NCBI GenBank assembly: GCA_016182915.1
Contig: JACPFP010000001.1
Span: 1-53,420, forward strand
Length of the DNA stretch: 53,420 nucleotides
Direction of reading: 5' to 3'
DNA from: Candidatus Dojkabacteria bacterium
GTDB lineage: Bacteria; Patescibacteriota; Dojkabacteria; SC72
In this document: positions 19,845 through 28,230 of the stretch, piece after piece
Position numbering within the stretch: the stretch's first letter is position 1
Layout of the letters: each line of letters begins with the position of its first letter
Translations under genes and position numbers: made by a program
The notes under the pieces: generated by a model
The model's database searches: none
The model's input: the letters and a program-made list of their open reading frames with translations, nothing else
Told to the model about the DNA's origin: nothing

Positions 19845-21270
19845 TAATTCCTAGGGTGGAGGTGAATAGATGGGAGTGCCTTCCCTCTATTAAAACTACA
19901 CTGCTTTTATCAAGATTTACTATAAAGTTAAGAATTTCAGTTTCGCTTTCAAACAATTTCACATAGTCAGAGTCTTTGGCCTTAAAAAGAGGATCCGTAG
20001 TTAGTAACACGACTTTCCTATCATTCAAGATATCAATAATACGTTCATATGAACTTGCTTTCTCCTTTCCAAGCTCATAAACCCCTAAGCTCGATACAAA
20101 TTTATCTTCTCCTTCAATTTGACTTACAACATCAATTGCACTGCAAAAGCCCTCAACATTTGAATTATAGCTGTCGTTAACAACCTTTAAACCAGTACCT
20201 GAGGTATGGACAGATAACTTTCCAAGTATGGGTTCAATACTCTCTACAACCATTTTTACATCCTCATATGTCATTCCAATCTTTCTTGATATAGCAATCG
20301 CAGGGATTAGATTGATAACGTTGTGATTACCTAGAAGCTGAGTATTGTACGATTCTTCCTTTCCTTCATATTTGAGAGTGAATCTAATCTGTGACCCAAC
20401 TGTTTTTAACTCCGTTACCCTAATATCCGCATCCTTATTCAGACCGTAAGTAATAATATTCTCGCTGGAGAGCTCCTTTAGACTTTCCTGGGAGCCATCC
20501 CAATCTAAGTTCACATATACATCCCCAATACTCCCGGTTACCATCTCAAGTTTGGTTTTAATGAGCTTCATTCTATTTCCAAATAGTGACAGATGCTGAT
20601 TTCCAACCCCTGTGACAACTCCAATAGATGGTGGATATAACTTACAAAGTTTCGAGATATCTCCTCTTCTATATGCTCCCATTTCTGCAATGAAATATTG
20701 AGTTGCCGGGGTCACCTGATGAGCCATCTCTATTGCAATACCAACGTCAGTATTGTGATTTCCTCTGCACTTCCCCGATATATACCTATATGAAAGAATC
20801 CTATGAAGATACTCTTTAACAGAACTTTTTCCATATGACCCTGTAACTCCAATAATATCTACCTTTGAGTTTGCCAATTGCCTCTTTGCCACATACATAT
20901 ACCTTGATCTATAAAGCATTGCTAGAGGAGAAGTTACAAGGGAACCCAGAATTACAAGGAGTTTAGAAAGTGGAAAAGCAAGAAGGACCATAGCGAAGAT
21001 GATAGGTAGATCATTAATCACATATATTGAATAGAAGAGATATCCCCAAAGTACAAGAAAAATGAAGGCAAATATTAGAAGATTCCTTGGACTTTTAGCA
21101 GGAAATGTAAAACGAGGAGTGATTATAGCTTTAACAAAGCCCTTCTCCTTAATAAATGCTACATATCTATAGAGAAGGTACTCACAAATCTGAGTATGTA
21201 GAATATGGGGCAGGGTAGAAACTGCAATGATACCTGAAATTATTAAGGCCAGGATTAAATAGCTATACAT
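19831..21270 (-). CDS. murF: Mur ligase, MurF-like (UDP-MurNAc-tripeptide:D-Ala-D-Ala ligase), with a hydrophobic N-terminal extension
   Basis: 479 aa. GVTGSYGKSS P-loop and IAEMGAYRRGDISKLCKLYPPSIGVVTGVGNQHL, which is MurF-like. The first 120 or so residues contain about three TM-like segments in place of a soluble N-domain. The 3' end overlaps the mraY 3' end by 14 nt (convergent). Confidence 0.7.
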   Translation of the reverse strand: MYSYLILALIISGIIAVSTLPHILHTQICEYLLYRYVAFIKEKGFVKAIITPRFTFPAKSPRNLLIFAFIFLVLWGYLFYSIYVINDLPIIFAMVLLAFPLSKLLVILGSLVTSPLAMLYRSRYMYVAKRQLANSKVDIIGVTGSYGKSSVKEYLHRILSYRYISGKCRGNHNTDVGIAIEMAHQVTPATQYFIAEMGAYRRGDISKLCKLYPPSIGVVTGVGNQHLSLFGNRMKLIKTKLEMVTGSIGDVYVNLDWDGSQESLKELSSENIITYGLNKDADIRVTELKTVGSQIRFTLKYEGKEESYNTQLLGNHNVINLIPAIAISRKIGMTYEDVKMVVESIEPILGKLSVHTSGTGLKVVNDSYNSNVEGFCSAIDVVSQIEGEDKFVSSLGVYELGKEKASSYERIIDILNDRKVVLLTTDPLFKAKDSDYVKLFESETEILNFIVNLDKSSVVLIEGRHSHLFTSTLGITKAY

Positions 21271-22009
21271 CAGAGTCTATAAACAATTTAATATCTGCAG
21301 AGATTACTTTAGGATAGTAAGCTGTAAGTTCATGCCCGTAACCACTATAAACACTTATATCAGATCCTTTAATTCCTCGATTTAGTATATACGCCTGATA
21401 GAGAGGGGTATCAATATCATCTGCTCCCCATACAATCTTTGTTGGGACCTTTATATCTCCAAGCCTATTAGTTAAATCTGTATTAGTTACCCTAATGAAA
21501 TTACTCTCAAGATGCTCTAGAGAGAGAAGTTCAGAGTGCGGATAGAAAAGGCGATAGTATAGTTTACGAACTGGCTTTATTTTCTTAAGAATGGATCTTA
21601 CAAAATTCATCTTTGAAGTTGTCTTATTCATATATTCACCCTCACGTCTAAACGAAGGGGCACTAAGTACCAGTTTCAATAAATCATCTGTTGTAGAAGC
21701 AATGTACACTCCCAATGCACCACCAAAGGAGTGACCAATATATACGGGTTTCTCTTTTATAACCTTATGAATGAATTCAACTACCAACTCCCCATACTCC
21801 TGCACTCCCCAGCTTGGATCAGGATTCTCACTGTTACCTCTTCCTGGTAGATCTATACGGAAGCATTTATGATTAAGTTCCAACTCATGTGCAAGATTCT
21901 CCAAACTCTTTCTATTTCCCTGCCATCCATGTACAAGAAGTATAGGAGATCCCTCTCCTACAACCTCATATGATATTCTCTTCCCTTTTATAACAATATC
22001 CATATTCAA
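21263..22009 (-). CDS. Alpha/beta-fold hydrolase
   Basis: 248 aa. Nucleophile elbow GHSFGG and an HGW oxyanion-like motif. Overlaps the murF start by 8 nt. The probable true start is ATG 22003. Confidence 0.7.
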   Translation of the reverse strand: MNMDIVIKGKRISYEVVGEGSPILLVHGWQGNRKSLENLAHELELNHKCFRIDLPGRGNSENPDPSWGVQEYGELVVEFIHKVIKEKPVYIGHSFGGALGVYIASTTDDLLKLVLSAPSFRREGEYMNKTTSKMNFVRSILKKIKPVRKLYYRLFYPHSELLSLEHLESNFIRVTNTDLTNRLGDIKVPTKIVWGADDIDTPLYQAYILNRGIKGSDISVYSGYGHELTAYYPKVISADIKLFIDSDV

Positions 22010-22017
22010 TTATATCA
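22009..22017 (-). promoter_or_regulatory. Extended -10 element for the hydrolase-murF operon
   Basis: Minus-strand TGATATAAT. The hexamer at 22009-22014 lies 5 nt before ATG 22003. The listed TTG start overlaps the hexamer. Confidence 0.35.
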
Positions 22018-22032
22018 AAATGGCCATAAGAA

Positions 22033-22944
22033 TTGCGCATCATGTATAATACACATATGATTGGACACTCACAGAATTTCCTTCTAAACAAAAGGATTGT
22101 TGAAAACATAATTGAAAGACTAGATATATCACCTGAGGATGTGATTATTGATATAGGGGCAGGGGAGGGTGTAATCACGGAGATGATAAACAGGAAGGTG
22201 CAGGGTAAGGGGAAGATATACGCCGTTGAGATTGAGAACGAGTTAGTTAGAAGACTTCAAAATAGGTATGAAGAGTCCCCAAATATAACTGTAGTAGAAG
22301 CAAACATAAGCAACTACGAGCTTCCAAAGGGAGACTATAAAGTAATTGCTAACATCCCCTTTAACATTACCTCTGAAATTTTAAATAAGATACTTAATCC
22401 TAAAGGTTCTCTAAAGGAAGCATACCTAATACTTCAGGAAGAGGCCGCACTAATGTATGCAGGAGAGGCACTTAGTGGTGAAAGTACATTAAAATCACTT
22501 CTTTTGTACCCATTTTTTGACTTCAAAATCCTTCACTATTTCACACCTTCTGATTTCATGCCTGAGCCTAAAGTAAGTATTATATTCCTAGAGATTAAGA
22601 GAAGGGAGAAGAGTTTCATTACTCCTGAACTAATTGATGAATATAACAACTTTTTGACCTATATATCACAGGATAAAGTAGGGGAAGGATCATGGAAGGA
22701 TGTCTTTACCAGAAAGCAGTTAGAGATAATGAGCAAAGCTTCAAACCTTGAAATAGGTAGAGGTCTTAAATCCCAACACTCCGATTCTATTCTGAATGCA
22801 TTTAAAAGCTACCTAAAATATACAACCCCACAGAAGAAGAAAGAGATAGAAAAGGCTGTTGAAAAGATTAAAATCGAGAGATCAAAGGTTGTAAAGATAC
22901 ACAGAACAAGGCAGGATAGAGAGTGGCACCAGAAAGGTATGTAG
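22033..22944 (+). CDS. rRNA adenine N6-dimethyltransferase family, Erm-like, with a Lys-rich C-terminal tail
   Basis: 303 aa. HSQNFL, IDIGAGEGVIT and ANIPFNITS. The C-domain strings FMPEPKVSIIFLEIKRRE and DVFTRKQL resemble ErmC (FHPKPKVNSSLIRLNRK, IFTKNQF) more than KsgA. The start could be 22033, 22042 or 22057. Confidence 0.65.
   Translation: MRIMYNTHMIGHSQNFLLNKRIVENIIERLDISPEDVIIDIGAGEGVITEMINRKVQGKGKIYAVEIENELVRRLQNRYEESPNITVVEANISNYELPKGDYKVIANIPFNITSEILNKILNPKGSLKEAYLILQEEAALMYAGEALSGESTLKSLLLYPFFDFKILHYFTPSDFMPEPKVSIIFLEIKRREKSFITPELIDEYNNFLTYISQDKVGEGSWKDVFTRKQLEIMSKASNLEIGRGLKSQHSDSILNAFKSYLKYTTPQKKKEIEKAVEKIKIERSKVVKIHRTRQDREWHQKGM
22043..22050 (+). promoter_or_regulatory. -10 element placed for a leaderless Erm-like methyltransferase transcript
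   Basis: TGTATAAT. The hexamer at 22045-22050 lies 6 nt before ATG 22057 (Met9 of the listed ORF). Confidence 0.35.
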
Positions 22945-23037
22945 ATTCCTCAGTTTTCTATATTTCACCCTATAACTATTTTTTCATTATATATTCCACC
23001 CTGTAATATTATTCTCTTGACCTACAATTCTGCCTGA

Positions 23038-23074
23038 TGGTAGATTGGTGGTGAATAGTGGTGAACTATGGTGA
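23038..23074 (+). promoter_or_regulatory. Candidate MraZ operator: phased TGGTGA direct repeats
   Basis: TGGTGA at 23049, 23059 and 23069 with exact 10-nt phasing, plus a degenerate TGGTAG at 23038. The middle repeat sits at the -35 position of the predicted mraZ promoter. Confidence 0.5.
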
Positions 23075-23078
23075 TAGA

Positions 23079-23087
23079 TGATACAAT
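23079..23087 (+). promoter_or_regulatory. Extended -10 element of the mraZ operon
   Basis: TGATACAAT. The hexamer at 23082-23087 lies 6 nt before ATG 23094. Confidence 0.4.
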
Positions 23088-23093
23088 CGAAAC

Positions 23094-23534
23094 ATGATTA
23101 TAGGAGAGTACACAACAAAGGTAAGTGAGAAGAAGAGAATCGCTATTCCAAAGAAGTTCAGGGATGAACTCGGTGAGAACCTAATTCTCACAAGAGGATA
23201 TGAGAACTGTTTGGTATTGGTAAGTGAGAATCAATGGAAAGGATTAGCATCTGAGGTTGTAAATGGCTCTTTCATAAATAAAGATATCAGAGACACAAGT
23301 CGTTTCTTAGTTGGAAGTGCAACTGAAGTTATCCCAGATTCACAAGGTAGGATTGTAATACCACAGCCATTATTTACACATGCAAACTTTTCAGAGGAAG
23401 TAGTGTTCCTAGGATTAGTTAATTGGGTAGAGATATGGTCAAAGAGTGATTGGGCAGAAAGATTGAAGTATCTTGAAAAGAATGGAGATCAGATAGCTCA
23501 GGAGATAGCAAAGTTAAACAACCAAGCAAAATGA
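23094..23534 (+). CDS. mraZ: Transcriptional regulator MraZ
   Basis: 146 aa. Duplicated SpoVT/AbrB-like halves (KKRIAIPKKFR and DSQGRIVIPQPL). First gene before rsmH. Confidence 0.9.
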   Translation: MIIGEYTTKVSEKKRIAIPKKFRDELGENLILTRGYENCLVLVSENQWKGLASEVVNGSFINKDIRDTSRFLVGSATEVIPDSQGRIVIPQPLFTHANFSEEVVFLGLVNWVEIWSKSDWAERLKYLEKNGDQIAQEIAKLNNQAK

Positions 23535-24412
23535 AATCCTACCACACACCAGTTCTCTTAAATGAATGTATTGAAGGTTTAAATATTAAGGAAGATGGAA
23601 GTTACATTGATTGTACACTTGGTGAAGCCGGTCATAGCTATGAGATATTCAAACTCCTAAGTAAAGAAGGAAAACTCATAAGTATTGATCAGGACCAGAG
23701 TGCAATTGACTTTGTAACTGAAACATACCCAGAAGATCTTAAGAAAGGAAGCTGGAAAATTGTTAAGAGTAACTTTACAAAGATTGAGAGTGTTGTAAAA
23801 GCGGAAGGCTTAAGCGGTGTTGACGGTGTTCTAATGGACCTAGGGCTATCATCAAGACAGATTGAAGAGATAGGGAGAGGATTTAGCTACAACGCAAACG
23901 AAGAGACCCTTGATATGAGAATGGATAGAGAACTTGGTGTAACAGCACAGGACCTTCTAAAAGTACTTAGTGCAACGGAGCTCGAGAAACTTTTCAGACT
24001 ATACGGGGAAGAGAAATTCGCTAGAAGAATAGCCATTCTAATAAAGAAAACTGATATCAAAACTGTTGGAGATCTTACAAGCCTTATCTACAGAGTTGTG
24101 CCGGCAACTTCACGTAGGGGGGACAGCCATCATCCTGCTCGCAGGGTCTTTCAGGCCCTGCGCATAGCAGTAAATGATGAGATTAACAGCCTTAAAGAAG
24201 GCTTAGATCAGGCTTATAAGCTCTTAAACAGCAAGGGAAGGTTATGTGTAATAACATTTCACTCCCTAGAAGATCGTGAAGTAAAGAGATTTTTCGATGA
24301 GAAAAGTCAATTAGACGGAGCAAAAGTCCTTGAGGTAATTGCTCCCTCAGAAGAGGAATTGGAAAGAAATAACCGATCAAGAAGTGCGAAATTAAGAATA
24401 CTTGAAAAATAA
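23531..24412 (+). CDS. rsmH: 16S rRNA m4C1402 methyltransferase RsmH (MraW)
   Basis: 293 aa. HTPVLLNE, DCTLGEAGHS, DLGLSSRQ and FHSLEDR. ATGA overlap with mraZ. Confidence 0.9.
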   Translation: MKSYHTPVLLNECIEGLNIKEDGSYIDCTLGEAGHSYEIFKLLSKEGKLISIDQDQSAIDFVTETYPEDLKKGSWKIVKSNFTKIESVVKAEGLSGVDGVLMDLGLSSRQIEEIGRGFSYNANEETLDMRMDRELGVTAQDLLKVLSATELEKLFRLYGEEKFARRIAILIKKTDIKTVGDLTSLIYRVVPATSRRGDSHHPARRVFQALRIAVNDEINSLKEGLDQAYKLLNSKGRLCVITFHSLEDREVKRFFDEKSQLDGAKVLEVIAPSEEELERNNRSRSAKLRILEK

Positions 24413-24417
24413 AATAA

Positions 24418-24774
24418 TTGACACTGCCCATGTCAGAAGCTACAAAAAGAAAATTTAGACAATCAATGCAAGGAGGAAGCCTAAGTAAAAGTGTAAATAT
24501 ATACCTAAGACTATTTCTCCTTACCCTTGCCCTTTTCCTAAGCGTACAGATAGGTATAAATGCTATACTTAGCCCTATGGGAAGAAAGTTAGAATCATAT
24601 AATGTTGAGAAGACAAGACTCTTGGAGGAGAATAGAACACTCGAACAGACTCTTGCAAACATGGGTTCTATTAAGGCATTAACACACCTTTCTCAAAAGA
24701 AACTTTCCTTAACCCAGGCTAACAATAAACAGATTATATACATAGGCGATACTACGCTTAGAGCAGAGAGATGA
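24418..24774 (+). CDS. FtsL-like small bitopic cell-division protein
   Basis: 118 aa. A single TM helix followed by a coiled-coil-like segment. Position between rsmH and ftsI. Start is TTG 24418 or ATG 24430. Confidence 0.5.
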   Translation: MTLPMSEATKRKFRQSMQGGSLSKSVNIYLRLFLLTLALFLSVQIGINAILSPMGRKLESYNVEKTRLLEENRTLEQTLANMGSIKALTHLSQKKLSLTQANNKQIIYIGDTTLRAER

Positions 24775-26561
24775 GAACATACTCAGCGAGGTCCATTATA
24801 GATTCAAAATCGAGAAAGCATAGTAAAATAACTCCACATTTAGTAGTCGGATTTTTAATCTCCCTCATAGGATTCGGGGTTCTTGTACAGGGTTTCAGAT
24901 GGCAGATTATAGAGTCGGAGAAGTTCATTACCCTTGCAAGATCCCAGTATCTAGAAAATCAGCGTCAGCCAACAAGTCGAGGAATTATCTATGCCTCTGA
25001 CTCTACGGTTCTTGCTGTAGACCAACCTGTTTGGGTAGTCTATGCAAGTTTAAGTAACGACAGTAGGGAGAGAGAGAAGTTCTTCAACGGAAAGGAGAAG
25101 TATATATCTACTGTTTCCGCCATATTGAATCTTCCACAGGATGAACTTGAAGAGAAGATTACAGATAAGTTCATGTACTTCAAAATCAAGGGAGGCGTTT
25201 CGACTGAAAAAAAAGGAGCATTGGAAAAGGCAAATATCTTTGGGGAAGGGACAGAGGGTTTAGGCCTGTACTTCGAGCGTGAGGAACAGCGAGTTTATCC
25301 GAATGGCAATCTTGCTGCACATATTCTCGGATTTATAGGTAAGAACAGTGTCGGGGAAGACGTTGGTCAGTATGGAATTGAAGGCTTCTACTTCGGAGAT
25401 ATAACCGGACAGGAAGGGTATACATACGAAGAGAAAGACTCACAGGGCAATGTCATACTAACCGCTGAGTATGAGCCAATACTACCAAGGCAAGGAAAGA
25501 GCTTTACAGTAACGATTGTTCCATCGATACAACAGAAAGTTGAGAAGGCCTTAAAAGAAGGTGTGCAGAAAAACCAATCTAAAAGTGGAAGCGCCATTGT
25601 CATGAATCCTAATACTGGGGCCATAATTGCAATGGCCAACTACCCTGACTACAACCCTAATGAGTATTGGAAAGTAACAGATCCCTGGATATTTAAGAAT
25701 AAGGCGATATCTGATGTGTACGAGTATGGGTCCGTTCACAAACCAATTACCGTAGCGATAGGTTTGGAATCAGGAAAGGTTAAAGATGACTTCATCTGTA
25801 ATGACAGTACAGGTAGTTTAAAGGTCTATGATAAGACAATATATACCTGGAATAAACAGCCTAGTGGAAAGTTAACCCTTGGAGGAATGCTTGAGAAATC
25901 CAATAATCCATGTATTGCACAGGTAGCCCTAAAAACAGGTCATGAATACTACTACCCTAAACTTAAAGAGTTTGGAATCGGTAGCATTATCGGAGTAGGT
26001 CTTCAAGATGAGGCTACCGGTTCACTACAGCCATACGAGTCATGGACAAAGCTAGACCTCGCTGTTACATCATTCGGCCAGTCAATTGCTGCCACACCTC
26101 TCCAGATCATATCTGCAATCAGTACAATAGCTAACGAAGGGAAAAGAATGAGACCATACGTAATTTCCGAAGTACAGGAGATAGACGATGTAATTAAATA
26201 TAAACCTCAGATAATGGCTCAACCCATATCTGAATCGACTGCAAAAAAGGTCGCACATATGATGGAGGGAGTTGTTAGAGTTGGAGAATCAAGATTCTTC
26301 TTTAACAGGGACATCCCCGAATATAGTGTAGCAGGGAAAACAGGAACAGCTCAAATACCACTCTTAGATCGTGCTGGATACTATGATGATAGAACTAATA
26401 CGACCTTTGTTGGATTCTCACCTGTTGAAAATGCTCAAATGATAATGCTTGTAAGACTTGAGGAACCAAAGCTTAATACCTTTTCAGCTTCAACGGCCGT
26501 ACCCGTGTGGATAAATATCTTCAAAGCAATTGCAGATGACCTTGAAATTCCTAAACAGTAG
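24771..26561 (+). CDS. ftsI: Penicillin-binding protein 2/3-type transpeptidase (FtsI-like)
   Basis: 596 aa. N-terminal TM and PBP dimer domain. Active-site motifs SVHK (SxxK), SNN (SxN) and KTGTA. Confidence 0.85.
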   Translation: MRTYSARSIIDSKSRKHSKITPHLVVGFLISLIGFGVLVQGFRWQIIESEKFITLARSQYLENQRQPTSRGIIYASDSTVLAVDQPVWVVYASLSNDSREREKFFNGKEKYISTVSAILNLPQDELEEKITDKFMYFKIKGGVSTEKKGALEKANIFGEGTEGLGLYFEREEQRVYPNGNLAAHILGFIGKNSVGEDVGQYGIEGFYFGDITGQEGYTYEEKDSQGNVILTAEYEPILPRQGKSFTVTIVPSIQQKVEKALKEGVQKNQSKSGSAIVMNPNTGAIIAMANYPDYNPNEYWKVTDPWIFKNKAISDVYEYGSVHKPITVAIGLESGKVKDDFICNDSTGSLKVYDKTIYTWNKQPSGKLTLGGMLEKSNNPCIAQVALKTGHEYYYPKLKEFGIGSIIGVGLQDEATGSLQPYESWTKLDLAVTSFGQSIAATPLQIISAISTIANEGKRMRPYVISEVQEIDDVIKYKPQIMAQPISESTAKKVAHMMEGVVRVGESRFFFNRDIPEYSVAGKTGTAQIPLLDRAGYYDDRTNTTFVGFSPVENAQMIMLVRLEEPKLNTFSASTAVPVWINIFKAIADDLEIPKQ

Positions 26562-26565
26562 GGGG

Positions 26566-27303
26566 CTACTTACAAACCCTATCAGTACTGCACCTTGAAA
26601 CTCCACCAACACATCGACATACATTACATTTATCTTCACTAACATAGTTGTCTCCATCATTGTAAATACCCTTATTGTAGAGACACACATCAGCAACAGT
26701 ACTCTGTCCATCTTCAGTCTGGTAGGCGAGTTTAAAATCACTTAAATCACTAATTGTTAGTTTATTTATCTTGAATTGCAAAGTTACAGTGCAAGGATTT
26801 ACATATATACTCTCTATACTATTCAGTACGTTTAATAGTGTTAAGGTATTCTCTCGGAAATTGTATAAACCTATCTGCACAGCAGGCTTTCCCGTCTCAC
26901 TACATAATTGTGACTGCTGTAACTGAACCTCGATTGACTTTTCCGTAGTTACAATAGAAGTGAAAGAAACCCCAAGAGGCTTTGAGAGAAGGTCTGGTGA
27001 TACCCCGGAAGCAAAATAGTCGTACTCAAACTGAAGGTTCGATCTAACAAAATCAGAAATAGTTAACTGATTTAGGTCATCGCCATCTCTCTTTTTCGCA
27101 CAAAGGACCTTTCCTTTTACACAAAGACACTCATTGTCACCTTCTTCAGAAACAACTTCCCCACTTGAATACATCTTGAAATTGCTTAAACAGATATTAG
27201 GGAAGAGGGCTCCCCTTGTTGCAGATATAATTATAAATATTCCGACGATTACAAACGCAAGCGAGAGCAGGATCAACGAGATTCGCTGGTTACTATTTTC
27301 CAT
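26566..27303 (-). CDS. Membrane-anchored Cys-rich protein with VWC-like cysteine patterns
   Basis: 245 aa with an N-terminal TM. C-terminal CLYNKGIYNDGDNYVSEDKCNVCRCVGGVSRCSTDRVC. N-proximal CLSNFKMYSSGEVVSEEGDNECLCVKGKVLC. Confidence 0.5.
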   Translation of the reverse strand: MENSNQRISLILLSLAFVIVGIFIIISATRGALFPNICLSNFKMYSSGEVVSEEGDNECLCVKGKVLCAKKRDGDDLNQLTISDFVRSNLQFEYDYFASGVSPDLLSKPLGVSFTSIVTTEKSIEVQLQQSQLCSETGKPAVQIGLYNFRENTLTLLNVLNSIESIYVNPCTVTLQFKINKLTISDLSDFKLAYQTEDGQSTVADVCLYNKGIYNDGDNYVSEDKCNVCRCVGGVSRCSTDRVCK

Positions 27304-27330
27304 ACCGTAAGTTTACCACCCTTTAGATTA

Positions 27331-27339
27331 TGCTACAAT
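27331..27339 (+). promoter_or_regulatory. Extended -10 element placed for a leaderless tatD transcript
   Basis: TGCTACAAT. The hexamer at 27334-27339 lies 6 nt before ATG 27346. Confidence 0.4.
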
Positions 27340-27345
27340 TGAGCC

Positions 27346-28230
27346 ATGACTGATTCACACACACATCTAACCTTTCCGGATCTTAAGATTAACCTTAATC
27401 AGGTTCTTAATGAATTCAGGGAAAAAGGAGGTAAACACCTATTAAATGTTGGACATAATCCAGAGTCAAATCAAGAGGTCCTAACAATATATCACAATAT
27501 TTCTGAGCAGTATCAAGGCGTAGTTCAAAATGCTCTTGGTATTCACCCTGAATACATTACAGAGATTATCAGTAGTGACCTAGATCGGTATAAGCAGATA
27601 ATGAAGGTCATAAAAAATTATGAGGAGCTTGTATCTGGAAACCTGGATATTGTGAATGCAATAGGGGAGTGTGGGCTAGACTACTATTACTTAAAGCAGG
27701 ACTCAAGTCTCAAAATTGAGGATATACAAACTATAATGGAGCAACAGAAAACTCTCTTTAAAGCTCACATTGAAGTTGCTATTAAACACAATCTACCTAT
27801 GACAATTCATACTCGTGATATGAGAGACGATAATCAATGCATTGAAGATACTCTTTCTCTAATTTCAAATATTGGGAAAGGGAAAGCCAGAGGATCCTTT
27901 CATAGCTACACACAGGATATTAAGTATGTAAAAGATATCCTTGGTTTAGGCTTTTACATTGGTGTGAATGGAATTGTTACTTATCCTAAAGCAGATAATG
28001 TTAGGGAGATCGTAAAGAGTATTCCAATTGAGAAACTCCTTCTTGAAACAGACGCTCCATTACTTCCGCCACAAAAAATTAGGAAAGATAAAAAGTATTG
28101 GAGAAATTACGGAGCTCCTAGTGATATATACGAGATTGCACAGATGGTGGCTGAGGTTAAAGATATGAATGTAGAAAAAGTATTAGAAGTGACAACGGAA
28201 AACTACAAACAGCTATTCCTTATTGACTAA
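27346..28230 (+). CDS. tatD: TatD-family metal-dependent hydrolase
   Basis: 294 aa. DSHTHL N-terminus, GECGLDYY, HTRD and ETDAP. Confidence 0.85.
   Translation: MTDSHTHLTFPDLKINLNQVLNEFREKGGKHLLNVGHNPESNQEVLTIYHNISEQYQGVVQNALGIHPEYITEIISSDLDRYKQIMKVIKNYEELVSGNLDIVNAIGECGLDYYYLKQDSSLKIEDIQTIMEQQKTLFKAHIEVAIKHNLPMTIHTRDMRDDNQCIEDTLSLISNIGKGKARGSFHSYTQDIKYVKDILGLGFYIGVNGIVTYPKADNVREIVKSIPIEKLLLETDAPLLPPQKIRKDKKYWRNYGAPSDIYEIAQMVAEVKDMNVEKVLEVTTENYKQLFLID

Noticed and set aside
5146-21270. The CapA-like protein plus the TM-anchored Mur-type ligase as a poly-gamma-glutamate (PgsB/CapA-type) system.
   Set aside because: The ligase motifs (GVTGSYGKSS and EMGAYRRGDI...GVGNQHL) look like MurF rather than PgsB. 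The two genes are 13 kb apart in unrelated operons.
23017-23046. Alternative mraZ promoter, TTGACC-18-TAGATT.
   Set aside because: It is plausible on its own. The TGATACAAT-N6-ATG arrangement at 23079-23094 matches the pattern seen at eleven other genes and places the TGGTGA repeats over the -35 region. I kept this one only as an alternative.
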